A stretch of DNA of 64,000 nt. Origin: Thermoleophilaceae bacterium. Lineage in GTDB: Bacteria; Actinomycetota; Thermoleophilia; Solirubrobacterales; Thermoleophilaceae. Below are positions 27,475-36,701 of the stretch, piece by piece. The notes beneath the pieces were generated by a model. It worked only from the letters and a program-made list of their open reading frames with translations. It ran no database searches and had not been told where the DNA came from. The stretch's first letter is position 1. The number at the start of each line of letters is the position of its first letter. A program made the translations under genes and the position numbers. Location: assembly GCA_046262995.1 (NCBI GenBank), contig JBHELQ010000064.1:37757-101756 (forward strand), in the 5' to 3' direction.

Positions 27475-28059
27475 TCAGGATCGCGGGCGCCCGGAGGGTG
27501 CCGCGAGCGCCTCGGCGTAGCGCGGCGCCGGGTACATCACGGGCGCCTGCTGGAGCTCCCAGCCAGATCCCGGCCGCAGGACCCAGCGGGCGATCCGAAG
27601 CCGGCCTCCGGGCAGGTCCTCGGCTCGCAGCTCCTCCCGAAGCTCGCCGGCGCAGCCTGGGCTGGCGCCCGCGCCAGGCCCGCTGGCGACAGCACGCAGG
27701 AGCGAGGCGGCCTCGTCCTCCACGAGCGCCTGGCTTCGCTCGCCCTCGCGGATCAGCTCCGTCAGGTCCTCGGCGGCCAGAACCGGCGCCTGACGGCGGA
27801 TGGCCCCGGCCTGCCAGGCGGCCAGGCGCAGCCCGCCCGGCACCCGCTCGAGCCTGACCTCGTAGCGGCCTTCGTCGTCCTCGTAGGGACCGGCGGCGGC
27901 GAACGGCCCCCGGAACGCCGGGGTGCCGCCCGCGCGCTGGCGTCGCGGGCGATCCGAGCGACTTGCCGGCCCGCGGCTGCGCCCGGCGTCCAGAACAGTT
28001 CCCTTCGAGCAGATGGGACAGTCGGCCGTGTGGCGGTTGTGGCGGCAGAAGAGCGGCAC
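27475..28059 (-). CDS. hypothetical protein with N-terminal C-x8-C-x2-C (His-containing) motif, first gene of the helicase-nuclease string
   Basis: GTG 28059 gives VPLFCRHNRHTADCPICSKG..., 194 aa. TACGCT (28073-28068) lies 8 nt before the start. The gene ends 30 nt before the AddB-like start. The upstream two-fifths of ORF 27475-28563 is antisense to the neighbouring phosphoesterase gene and is not part of this gene. Confidence 0.5.
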   Translation of the reverse strand: MPLFCRHNRHTADCPICSKGTVLDAGRSRGPASRSDRPRRQRAGGTPAFRGPFAAAGPYEDDEGRYEVRLERVPGGLRLAAWQAGAIRRQAPVLAAEDLTELIREGERSQALVEDEAASLLRAVASGPGAGASPGCAGELREELRAEDLPGGRLRIARWVLRPGSGWELQQAPVMYPAPRYAEALAAPSGRPRS

Positions 28060-28092
28060 CTGGGTCCAGCGTAGCCCTCCGCCCCTGCCAAC

Positions 28093-29190
28093 ATGGCGCG
28101 CGTGCTGACGGCGATCGTCTCCGACCTCCACGTCGCCTCGACGATGGAGGGCTTCGACCTGGCCAGCCGCCCCGAGGTGCGGGAGCGGCTCCTGCCCGTC
28201 CTCGACGACGCCGACCAGGTCGTGCTCCTCGGAGATCTCGTGGAGCTGCGGGAGCGCCCCCTGCTCGAGGCGCTGGAGACCGCCCGTCCGCTGCTCCAGG
28301 CGATCGGCGAGAGGACCGCCGGCAAGCGAGTCCTCATCACCCCCGGAAACCACGACCACCAGCTGGCCGAGCCCTGGCTGGAGCGGGCGAGGCTCGCGGG
28401 AACGCCGCTCGGGATCGAGTCGGAGTGGCCCGTGCGGCCCTCGGACGGGATCGCCGGCCGGATCGCCGAGTGGATGCCGGACAGCGAGCTGGTCGTGGCC
28501 TACCCGGGCTTCCGCCCGCGCCCCGACGTCTACGTCACGCACGGCCACTATCTGGACCTGCACCTGACCGTCCCACGGCTCGAGTCGATCGTCGTCTCAC
28601 TGGTCGGCCGGGCCACCGGCCGGCGGCGGGCGGCGTGCCGGGCTCCGGACGACTACGAGGCGGTCGTCGGGCCGCTCTATGCACTGCTCTACGGCATCGC
28701 CCAGGGGGCGAGCGCCGGCACGCTCGCGCGCGGCGGCAGCCTGTCCAGGCGCGTCTGGGAGCGGGCGAGCGACCGCGACGGGCGGCATCGCGTGTCGCGC
28801 CTGCTGCTCGGTCGCGTCACGATCCCCGGCGCCGTGGCCGCGCTGAACGGACTCGGCCTCGGCCCGTTCCGACCGGACATCTCGGGCGCGGAGCTGCGCC
28901 GGGCCGGGCTGCGCGCCATCGGCACGGTGACGGACTCCCTGGGCGTCAGCGCGGAGCACGTCATCTTCGGGCACACCCACCGGCCCGGCCCGCTGCCCGG
29001 GGACGAGCCCTCCGACTGGTCCACGCCAGGCGGGGCCAGGCTGTGGAACACGGGTAGCTGGCTGTGGGAGCCCGCGCTGATGCAGTCGGAAGGCCCCAGT
29101 CCGTACCGGCCGGGCACCGTCCTCTACCTGCGCGACGAAGGGCCGCCGGAGCTGACGAATGCGCTCGAAGGCCTCGGGTCGGCGTTCTGA
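28093..29190 (+). CDS. metallophosphoesterase (calcineurin-like) family protein
   Basis: SDLHV, LLGDLVE, PGNHDH, THGHYLD and FGHTHRPG motifs. Confidence 0.8.
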   Translation: MARVLTAIVSDLHVASTMEGFDLASRPEVRERLLPVLDDADQVVLLGDLVELRERPLLEALETARPLLQAIGERTAGKRVLITPGNHDHQLAEPWLERARLAGTPLGIESEWPVRPSDGIAGRIAEWMPDSELVVAYPGFRPRPDVYVTHGHYLDLHLTVPRLESIVVSLVGRATGRRRAACRAPDDYEAVVGPLYALLYGIAQGASAGTLARGGSLSRRVWERASDRDGRHRVSRLLLGRVTIPGAVAALNGLGLGPFRPDISGAELRRAGLRAIGTVTDSLGVSAEHVIFGHTHRPGPLPGDEPSDWSTPGGARLWNTGSWLWEPALMQSEGPSPYRPGTVLYLRDEGPPELTNALEGLGSAF

Positions 29191-29276
29191 CGCGTCGGCG
29201 CAGCTTTCTGCGCGAATGCGTGTTCCGGCCCCGGGAGCCCTAGTCCGGCGCATCCCGGACAGCGTCCGGTTGCGCC

Positions 29277-30209
29277 ATGAACAGGAGGCAGTTGATGCGA
29301 ACAGGCAGGCATTCGTTGCGACCGGCGCTGGGGCTCGCGGGGCTCCTGACGCTGGCGTTCCTCACCACGGCCCAGACGGCGGCCGGGTTCGGGGTAACCC
29401 CCTGTCCCGCCCCGACCGTGAACGGAAGCGGGGGGAACGACACGATCAACGGGAGCTCCGGCAGGGAGACCATCAATGCTTTCGGGGGCGACGACATCGT
29501 CAACTCGCTTCAAGGGGACGACTGCGCCGACGGCGGCACAGGAGCCGACATCGTGAACGGAGGGACGGGCGATGACTCGCTCCGGGGAGGCGCGGGGGCG
29601 GACACCCTCAACGGTGCGGCCAACTCGGACGAGATCTTCGGCGACGCCGACAACGACGAGCTGAGCGGCGGCAGCGGCAACGACCGGGTGCTCGGCGGCA
29701 CCGGCTTCGACATTATCGAGGGCGGTCTCGGGCGCGATCGGATCGGCGGCGGGGCAGGCCCCGATGATCTCGGCGGAGGTCGCGGCAACGATTTCATGGT
29801 CGGAAACGGCGGCTTCGACTTCCTGTCGGGGGGGCTCGGCTCCGACCGCATGTTCGGAGGAAGCGGCCCCGACGACATGGACGGCGGCCGCGGCAACGAC
29901 CGGCTCTCGGGCGGCCTCGAGGACGACTTCATCGCGGGCGGCCTCGGCAGCGACCGGATCTCGGGCGGTGCTGGCCCCGACCGGCTGGAAGGGGGTCTCG
30001 GCAACGACCGGATCTCCGGTGGAAGCGGCCGTGACGCCATCGACGGCGGCCTCGGCACGAGCCGCATCTCGGGCGGCTCCGGCAACGACCGGATCCTGGC
30101 GGCGAACGGCCGCAGGGACCGGATCGACTGCGGACCGGGGCGCGACAAGGTCGTCGTCGACGACCACGAGCGTTCGCTTCGCCGCTGCGAGATCGTCGAG
30201 CGCGCTTAG
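29277..30209 (+). CDS. secreted RTX-type (GGxGxDxUx nonapeptide) calcium-binding repeat protein
   Basis: N-terminal NRRQLMRTG...LLTLAFLTTAQTAAG signal, then more than 20 nonapeptide repeats (GGSGNDRVL, GGAGPDDLG, GGRGNDRLS...). It ends IDCGPGRDKVVVD...RRCE. Confidence 0.8.
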   Translation: MNRRQLMRTGRHSLRPALGLAGLLTLAFLTTAQTAAGFGVTPCPAPTVNGSGGNDTINGSSGRETINAFGGDDIVNSLQGDDCADGGTGADIVNGGTGDDSLRGGAGADTLNGAANSDEIFGDADNDELSGGSGNDRVLGGTGFDIIEGGLGRDRIGGGAGPDDLGGGRGNDFMVGNGGFDFLSGGLGSDRMFGGSGPDDMDGGRGNDRLSGGLEDDFIAGGLGSDRISGGAGPDRLEGGLGNDRISGGSGRDAIDGGLGTSRISGGSGNDRILAANGRRDRIDCGPGRDKVVVDDHERSLRRCEIVERA

Positions 30210-30220
30210 AAAGAACGCGG

Positions 30221-30251
30221 GAGCGTCCGCGCCGTGACGGCGCGGACGCTC
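30221..30251. terminator. perfect 13-bp GC-rich hairpin between convergent genes (probable bidirectional terminator)
   Basis: GAGCGTCCGCGCC-GTGAC-GGCGCGGACGCTC. On the minus strand it is followed by a moderately U-rich tract (ttcttt). Confidence 0.6.
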
Positions 30252-30264
30252 TCCGCGCTATCGC

Positions 30265-32559
30265 TCAGCCGGCGCGAGCCTTGGGCCGCCGGCGGCCGCG
30301 GGAGGGCGCGGGCCTCTCGCCGTCACCCTCGTCGCCGCCGTTCTCGGCGCCTTCCTGCTCGGCGGGCGGGGCTGGACGCGGGCCCTTCGCCCACTCCTCG
30401 TCGAAGTCGGACCGCCACTTGCCCTCCTCGTCCTGCTCGAGCTTGAGCTTGGCGCGGAAGGTGCGGCCCGAGCGGCCCCGGAAGCCGGTGACCTGCTTCT
30501 CCGTGCGGCCGATGCCCGGCTCCTCTCCGCGCTCCCGTGAGGCCCGCAGCGACTCGATCAGCTCCTTGGCGGTCTCGACGGACAGGGACTTTCCGGCCTT
30601 GCGCTTCCAGATCACGAAGCCGCAGCCCGGATCGTCCTTGGACCAGCAGGAGAACCCCTTGCGGTTCTCGGTGATCTCGCGTCCGCAGATGGGGCAGGGG
30701 CCGAGCTTGGCCCGCTCGATCCTGACCCCCTTCAGCTTGTCGAGCTCCTGGACCGTGGCGGTGGCGAACTTCGCGATGTCCTGCATGAACGCCGGCCGCG
30801 TGTCCTCGCCGCGCTCGATCAGTCCGAGCCGGTGCTCCCAGTCGCCCGTGAGCTCAGCCGACGTGAGCGCGTGGTCGCCCAACAGCTTGATCACCTGAAT
30901 CCCCTTGTCGGTGGCGCGCAGAGCGCGGCCGTCCCGCTCCATGTAGCCAACCTGGATCAGGCGCTCGATGATCGACGCGCGCGTGGCGGGGGTGCCGATG
31001 CCGGAGTCCTTCATCGCCTCCCGCAAGTCGGCCTCCTCGATCTCCTTGCCGGCGGTCTCCATGGCAGCGAGCAGCGAGGCCTCGGTGAAGCGCCGCGGCG
31101 GCTGGGTCTCCTTGCGGAGCGACTCGACCGAGCGCGTCTCGACCTGTTCACCCTGGTCCAGCTTGGGCAGCAGCTGGTCCCCGCCCGAGTCGTCGTCCGG
31201 GCGGTCCGGCGACTGGGACTCGTCGCCGTAGACGGCCTTCCAGCCCGCCTCCACGAGGCGCCGGCCGCTGGTGCGGAAGACGTGCTCGCTGACGAGCGTC
31301 TCGACGCGGGTGCGCTCGAACACGGCCTCGGGGTGGAAGATCGCCAGGAACCGCTTGGCCACCAGGTCGTAGATCTTCAGCTCGTCCTGACCCATGCGCG
31401 ACAGATCGTGCTCGGAGCGGGTCGGGATCAGCGCGTGGTGGTCCTCCACCTTCTTGTCGTTGACCACTCGCTGCAGCGGCAGCCGATCGAGCGAGGCGAC
31501 GTACTCCGCCGCGCGAGCGTACTGCGGGTTGTGGCCCACGAGCTCGGCGGTGGGCTTGATCTCGGCGACCAGGTCGCCCGTGAGGAAGCGAGAGCTGGTG
31601 CGCGGGTAGGTGATCGCCTTGTGCTCCTCGTAGAGGCGCTGAGCGGCGGCGAGCGTCCGCCGCGCGGAGAACCCATAGAGCGTGTTGCCGTGGCGCTGGA
31701 GGGATGTGAGGTCGTACAGCAGCTGCGGCCGCTCGCGCTCCTCCTTGCGCTCGAGCTTCGTGATCTCACCGGGGTTGCCGGTGCAGGCCTCGACCACCTT
31801 CCGCGCCTCGTCCTCGGCGATCCGCTTGCCGCCCAGGTAGCGGCCCGGGTAGACCCGCTCGCCCTCGGCCGCGAAGCTCGCCTCGACGAGCCAGTACGGC
31901 TCCGGCTTGAAGTCGCGGATCTCCTGCTCGCGGCGCGCCACGAGCGCAAGCGTGGGCGTCTGCACCCGCCCGAGGGACACCGCGCCGTCGAAGGCCGCGC
32001 GCAGGCGGATCGACGCCGCGCGGGTGGCGTTCATGCCCACCACCCAGTCCGCCTCCGAGCGCGAGCGCGCCGCCGCCTCGAGGTTGCGCAGCTCCTCCCC
32101 GGGGCGCAGTCGCCCGAATGCCTCCTCGATAGCCGCCCGGGTCATCGACTGGAGCCAGAGCCGCTCCACGGGCTTGTCCACATCTGCCGTCTCGTAGACG
32201 TAGGCGAAGATCAGCTCGCCCTCGCGGCCGGCGTCGCAAGCGTTGACTATGCGCTCGATGTCGCCGCTGCGCATGAGCTTGTGGATGGCCCTGAGCTGCT
32301 TCTGCGCTTTGTCGTCGTTGGGAACGAGCTTGAACTCGTCCGGCAGGATCGGCAGATCGGCGAACCGCCACTTCTTCAGCTTCGGGTCGTAGGCGTCCGG
32401 CTCCGCCAGCCCGACCAGGTGCCCGACCGCCCAGCTGATCACGTACTCGTCTCCCACCAGATGGGTCTTGTCATTCGAGGGCTCGAACGAGCCCGGAAGC
32501 GCCGCCGCGAGGTCACGCGCGACGGACGGCTTCTCGGCGATCACGAGGGTCTTTGTCAT
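30265..32559 (-). CDS. topB: DNA topoisomerase III
   Basis: MTKTLVIAEKPSVARDLA Toprim N-terminus, WAVGHL, YPRTSSRFL (catalytic Tyr region), and a C-terminal zinc ribbon CPICG...CWSKDDPGCGF plus a GRSGRTFRAKLKL repeat. Confidence 0.9.
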   Translation of the reverse strand: MTKTLVIAEKPSVARDLAAALPGSFEPSNDKTHLVGDEYVISWAVGHLVGLAEPDAYDPKLKKWRFADLPILPDEFKLVPNDDKAQKQLRAIHKLMRSGDIERIVNACDAGREGELIFAYVYETADVDKPVERLWLQSMTRAAIEEAFGRLRPGEELRNLEAAARSRSEADWVVGMNATRAASIRLRAAFDGAVSLGRVQTPTLALVARREQEIRDFKPEPYWLVEASFAAEGERVYPGRYLGGKRIAEDEARKVVEACTGNPGEITKLERKEERERPQLLYDLTSLQRHGNTLYGFSARRTLAAAQRLYEEHKAITYPRTSSRFLTGDLVAEIKPTAELVGHNPQYARAAEYVASLDRLPLQRVVNDKKVEDHHALIPTRSEHDLSRMGQDELKIYDLVAKRFLAIFHPEAVFERTRVETLVSEHVFRTSGRRLVEAGWKAVYGDESQSPDRPDDDSGGDQLLPKLDQGEQVETRSVESLRKETQPPRRFTEASLLAAMETAGKEIEEADLREAMKDSGIGTPATRASIIERLIQVGYMERDGRALRATDKGIQVIKLLGDHALTSAELTGDWEHRLGLIERGEDTRPAFMQDIAKFATATVQELDKLKGVRIERAKLGPCPICGREITENRKGFSCWSKDDPGCGFVIWKRKAGKSLSVETAKELIESLRASRERGEEPGIGRTEKQVTGFRGRSGRTFRAKLKLEQDEEGKWRSDFDEEWAKGPRPAPPAEQEGAENGGDEGDGERPAPSRGRRRPKARAG

Positions 32560-32629
32560 ATCGACTCTCCTTTCACGATACGCGCCGATCCGGCGCTCGT
32601 TTGCCGGAGAAGGGCGGGCGCGCCGAGGC

Positions 32630-33778
32630 TCAGCGGGCGCAGGGCCCCGTGTCGACCGGCGCGCGGGCCCTGGACAGGGCCCCGCGCACGATCGTGTCGG
32701 GCACCCCGAAGCCGCTGTTCACGGACTCGGACACGGTCGCCGCGAACACTGTGGCCACGACCCTGCCGGCGCCGTCCACGACGGGGCCCCCGGAGTTGCC
32801 GGGTCGCACGAGAGCGCGGAGGGCTGTGATCTTGCGCCGGACCGGCCCGCGGCCGTAGGCGTCGTCGGTGAGCGCTATCGCGGTGACGCCGACCCGGGCG
32901 GGCCTCACGTCGTAGGGCCCGTTCCCTGGAAATCCGAGCACCGCCGCCGAGGTGCCGGGCCGGGAGGCTTGGTTAAGCGCGAGGGCGGGCGCCCCGGCCG
33001 CGCCGGGAACCCTGAGCACCGCGACGTCGTCGTGCGGGTCGAACCACACGGCCTGCGCATCGAGCTTCGATCCCTGCCCCTGCAGTTCGACCGTGGTGTC
33101 GTCCTGCCCCGCGACCACGTGGGCGTTGGTCACCACCACTCCGCGGGCGGCGACCCAGCCGCTGCCCTCGACGCCCAGGCCGCAGGCGGTGCCGAGCACC
33201 TTGACGACGCTGCGAGCGGCGGCGCGCACCTGAGGATCGCGGGCTATCGCGCTGTCGGGCGGCCCCACGCCCGGGCGCGGCCCCTGGACCTTTGGGAAGG
33301 GATCGAAGCGCGCCAGGGCCTTCAGGAGCGGGCCCGACGGCGGCAGCCGCTCGTTCAGCGCGCTCAGGATCGTCGAGCGCTGGATCGGCCGGCGCAGCTC
33401 GCGGGCGCCTGGCGTCTGGAGCGCGACGGTCCCGGCTATCCACACCAGGCCCAGCCCGAGGCAGGCGACCAGCACGGCGCCGCCCAGGCCGTCCAGCGCG
33501 CCGAGCCTGTCGCCGATCCGCTCGCGCAGGTGGAACCCCACGATCTCGAGCGTGGAGGCTAGGAGGCCGCCGAAGAAGACCGCGCTGAGCAGCGCGAACA
33601 GGGGCGCGTAGGGCGAGCGCGACCCCTCCGCCAGGAAAAGCGGCCCGATGCGCGAGCCGAGGAAGCCACCGGCGGCGAAGCCGGCCAGCGACAGCGCTCC
33701 CACGATCAGGCCCTGCGCGTAGCCCCAGACCGCCATCAGCGCCGCAAAGCCCAGGATGATCCAGTCGAGCGCGGTCAC
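32630..33778 (-). CDS. MarP-like membrane serine protease (CvpA membrane domain + trypsin-like S1 domain)
   Basis: Four N-terminal TM helices (ALDWIILGFAALMAVWGY), VVTNAHVVAG and GNSGGPVVD. Confidence 0.85.
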   Translation of the reverse strand: MTALDWIILGFAALMAVWGYAQGLIVGALSLAGFAAGGFLGSRIGPLFLAEGSRSPYAPLFALLSAVFFGGLLASTLEIVGFHLRERIGDRLGALDGLGGAVLVACLGLGLVWIAGTVALQTPGARELRRPIQRSTILSALNERLPPSGPLLKALARFDPFPKVQGPRPGVGPPDSAIARDPQVRAAARSVVKVLGTACGLGVEGSGWVAARGVVVTNAHVVAGQDDTTVELQGQGSKLDAQAVWFDPHDDVAVLRVPGAAGAPALALNQASRPGTSAAVLGFPGNGPYDVRPARVGVTAIALTDDAYGRGPVRRKITALRALVRPGNSGGPVVDGAGRVVATVFAATVSESVNSGFGVPDTIVRGALSRARAPVDTGPCAR

Positions 33779-33826
33779 GACCGGGCGCAGGCTACCGCCG
33801 GGCGGGCGCGCGATCCGGGGCTACCC

Positions 33827-35521
33827 TTGACGCGCCTCGTGTTCTCCGTGGTCCCCGAGCGCAGACGACGGCTCACCCAACGCACCCTGCCGATCGCGGG
33901 CATGGCGGCGTTCGCGCTGGTCGCCGGGCTGCTGGTCGGCTCGCTTGCCGACTCCGGCAAGGAGAAGACGGCGCGCGCGTTCGGCAGCGCCTGGCAGCGC
34001 GGCGACTGGGGCCGCATGCATGGCCTCCTCACGCCGGCCGCCCGCGAGCAGTGGAGCGCGGCCGATCTCCGGCGCGCCTACAGGAAGGCCGCCGCGACCG
34101 CCACCCAGACGCGGGTCATCGCGGCAAAGCCGGCGGGCGAGCGAGAGGGACGCATCCGCCTTCCGGTTTCCGTGCGCACCCGCATCTTCGGAATCGTCCG
34201 GGGCGAGGTGCTGCTGCCTGTCGAGGACGGCGGGGTCGACTGGGCGCCGCACCTCGTGTTTCCCGGCCTCGATCCGGGCGTGCCGCTACTGCGCCGCAGC
34301 GAGCCTCCGCGGCGGGCGAAGATCGTCTCGCGCGACGGCCAGGTCCTGGCCGAGGGGCCGGCCGACGCCCGCTCCTCTCCGGCCGGCGCCCTGGCGGGAT
34401 CGATCGCCGGACGGGTCGCGCCTCAGGAGAACGCCAACGGGCGAGCCGCCCTTTACGCGCGCGGCTTCCCACGCGACTGGCCGGTGGGACAGACTGGACT
34501 CGAGCGCGCCTTCGAGCAGCGGCTCGCGGGGCGGCCCGGCGGGGAGTTGCGCGCGGGCGTCAGGCTGCTCGGCCAGAGCAGGCCGAAGCCGGGCGCGAAG
34601 GTCCGCTCGACGATTGACAGCCGCCTGCAGTCGGCGGCGGCCACGGCGCTCGGCGACCGGCTTGGAGGGGTCGCGGCGCTCGATGCCGGAACCGGCGAGG
34701 TCCGGGCGCTGGCGGGGATCGCCTTCTCCGCTCCGCAGCCGCCCGGATCGACGTTCAAGCTCGTGACCACGACCGCTGCCCTGAACGCCAGGGCGGTGAA
34801 GCTGTCGACGCCGTTCCCCGTGCAGACCCACGCCACCATCGACGGCGTGGAGCTCGAGAATGCCAACGGGGAGTCGTGCGGCGGGAGCTTCGAGGCGAGC
34901 TTCGCGCATTCCTGCAACTCCGTGTTCGCGCCGCTCGGCGTGAAGGTGGGAGCCGAGCCGCTGGTGGCGGCGGCGCGACGCTACGGCTTCAACGCCCGCC
35001 CGTCGCTGCCCGGCGAGGTGCCGAGCACGCTGCCTGCGGCCGCCCGGATCCGCTCCGACCTGGAGCTCGGCTCGACCGCGATCGGCCAGGGCAGGGTGCT
35101 CGCCACCCCACTCCGCATGGCTTCGATCGCCCAGGGAATCGGGGCCCGCGGCGTGTGGATCGAGCCGACGCTCGAGCATGGCCGGCCGCCGCGGCGCCAC
35201 CGCGCCACCACGCCGCACGTCGCCCGCACGCTCCAGCGGCTGATGGTCGACGTGGTCGCCTACGGCACCGGCACGTCGGCGGCGATCCCCGGCATCAAGG
35301 TCGCGGGCAAGACCGGCACGGCCGAGCTCGAGGACACCCGCGGCCCGAACGCCCAGGACAAGCAGCCCACCGACCAGTCGAACACGGACGCCTGGTTCAC
35401 GGCCTACGCCCCGGTCGGGAGGCCGCGCATCGCTGTGGCCGTCCTCCTCGTCAAGGCGGGCGCCGGCGGCGAGACGGCCGCCCCCGTGGCACGGGCGGTC
35501 ATCCAGGCGGCACTTCAGTAG
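33827..35521 (+). CDS. class B penicillin-binding protein (transpeptidase)
   Basis: N-terminal anchor, PGSTFK (SxxK), SCNSVF (SxN) and KTGTAE (KTG). Confidence 0.9.
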   Translation: MTRLVFSVVPERRRRLTQRTLPIAGMAAFALVAGLLVGSLADSGKEKTARAFGSAWQRGDWGRMHGLLTPAAREQWSAADLRRAYRKAAATATQTRVIAAKPAGEREGRIRLPVSVRTRIFGIVRGEVLLPVEDGGVDWAPHLVFPGLDPGVPLLRRSEPPRRAKIVSRDGQVLAEGPADARSSPAGALAGSIAGRVAPQENANGRAALYARGFPRDWPVGQTGLERAFEQRLAGRPGGELRAGVRLLGQSRPKPGAKVRSTIDSRLQSAAATALGDRLGGVAALDAGTGEVRALAGIAFSAPQPPGSTFKLVTTTAALNARAVKLSTPFPVQTHATIDGVELENANGESCGGSFEASFAHSCNSVFAPLGVKVGAEPLVAAARRYGFNARPSLPGEVPSTLPAAARIRSDLELGSTAIGQGRVLATPLRMASIAQGIGARGVWIEPTLEHGRPPRRHRATTPHVARTLQRLMVDVVAYGTGTSAAIPGIKVAGKTGTAELEDTRGPNAQDKQPTDQSNTDAWFTAYAPVGRPRIAVAVLLVKAGAGGETAAPVARAVIQAALQ

Positions 35522-35523
35522 GG

Positions 35524-36075
35524 CTACAGGTCGAGCTCGACCCGGCGCTTCTCCCCCGGCGCTCCGGTGGCGATCTCGAGCTCCAGCGGGCGGTTCTCCG
35601 TGATGGTCAGCGGCAGCCGGAACAGGAGCATCGCGCCCGCCGTCGGCCCGAGCTGCGCGACGCTGCCGGCCGGGGGCACGCACTGATCCGGCGCCAGCAT
35701 CCGAGCTTGGTAGGCGAACGCGTTGTCACGCGGCAACGGCGTGGGCGCGAAGCTGTTCCCCTGGCTGTCCAGGACCGTGAACTGGCCCGCCGTGCGCAGC
35801 GCCTGCTTGCCGTGGTTGCACGCCTGCAGGAAGATCCCGTACAGCGTCTGTCCCTTGCCGGGCTCGGGCCCCTTGTAGTAGGCGCTGTCGGGCTGCACCT
35901 TCAGGTTCAGCTCGCGGGTGATGAAGACGTTGTAGTCGATGCCGGCGAGCGGGATGTCGAGCCCTTCGCGTGCGGGCGACTTCGCGCCGGGCTCCTTCTC
36001 CTGACCGCAGGCCGGGAAAGTCAGCGCCGCCAGGACCGTGCAGGCAACGAGCATCGGCTTCGTACGGGCGATCAT
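35524..36075 (-). CDS. lipoprotein of unknown function (possibly DUF4352-like Ig fold)
   Basis: Lipobox LTFPACG. The mature part is beta-rich. The domain guess is by eye only. Confidence 0.5.
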   Translation of the reverse strand: MIARTKPMLVACTVLAALTFPACGQEKEPGAKSPAREGLDIPLAGIDYNVFITRELNLKVQPDSAYYKGPEPGKGQTLYGIFLQACNHGKQALRTAGQFTVLDSQGNSFAPTPLPRDNAFAYQARMLAPDQCVPPAGSVAQLGPTAGAMLLFRLPLTITENRPLELEIATGAPGEKRRVELDL

Positions 36076-36089
36076 CGGCGGCGCGCAGT

Positions 36090-36656
36090 CTAGTGGTGGC
36101 CCGCCCGCGCCGGGCGGGAGGGATCGGCGCCCGTGTGGGCTCCGAAGCGGGCAGCCGTGGCCGGGTCGTAGCCGGCCACCGTCGCCCTGACGAGCTCGCC
36201 CTCGGGCGGGTCCTCGAAGATCTGCCGCAGCCGCTCCAGCGCGGTCTTCGTCTGGCGTCGCATCCAGCCCGCGGCGCCGAGCTCCCGCAGGCGGTCGATC
36301 GGCGTGGCCGGCTCGCTGTAGGTCGTGAGCTCGACGCGCGTGTTGCCGCCCGCCTCCGTGGTGAACTCGTAGACGGCGACCGAGCGCGTCCGCCCGAGCC
36401 GCCCCACGCGGAGCTCCTCCACGATCCTGCGCGGGCGGTCCACCTCCTTGACTTCGAGCTCCGCGTACTCCTTCGCCAGCGGAGCCGCGAGCAGGAAGCG
36501 CGCCGCGGCCCCCTTGCCATGGGGATTCGCGCGCGCAAGCCGGTAGTCGCGCAGGTAGTGGTCCGTGTAGGCGGGCCTGGCGGCCAGGTCGGCTACGAAG
36601 TCGAAGACCTGCTCGCGGGGAGCCGAGATATGCGTCTGGGCGCTGACCTGGCGCAT
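36090..36656 (-). CDS. SRPBCC-superfamily (polyketide cyclase/dehydrase-like) protein
   Basis: MRQVSAQTHISAPREQVFDFVADLAARPAY, a typical SRPBCC N-terminus. Confidence 0.75.
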   Translation of the reverse strand: MRQVSAQTHISAPREQVFDFVADLAARPAYTDHYLRDYRLARANPHGKGAAARFLLAAPLAKEYAELEVKEVDRPRRIVEELRVGRLGRTRSVAVYEFTTEAGGNTRVELTTYSEPATPIDRLRELGAAGWMRRQTKTALERLRQIFEDPPEGELVRATVAGYDPATAARFGAHTGADPSRPARAGHH

Positions 36657-36701
36657 GGCGGCGCCGATTCTATGCGGGGGAGGCTCCTGGCCCGGTGGGC
36701 C

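Noticed and set aside
30265-32559. Topoisomerase III as a possible marker of an integrative conjugative element or plasmid remnant.
   Set aside because: No integrase, relaxase, T4SS, replication or partition partner genes are present. No flanking direct repeats or tRNA are seen. The neighbours are housekeeping genes (MarP-like protease, PBP) with typical composition.
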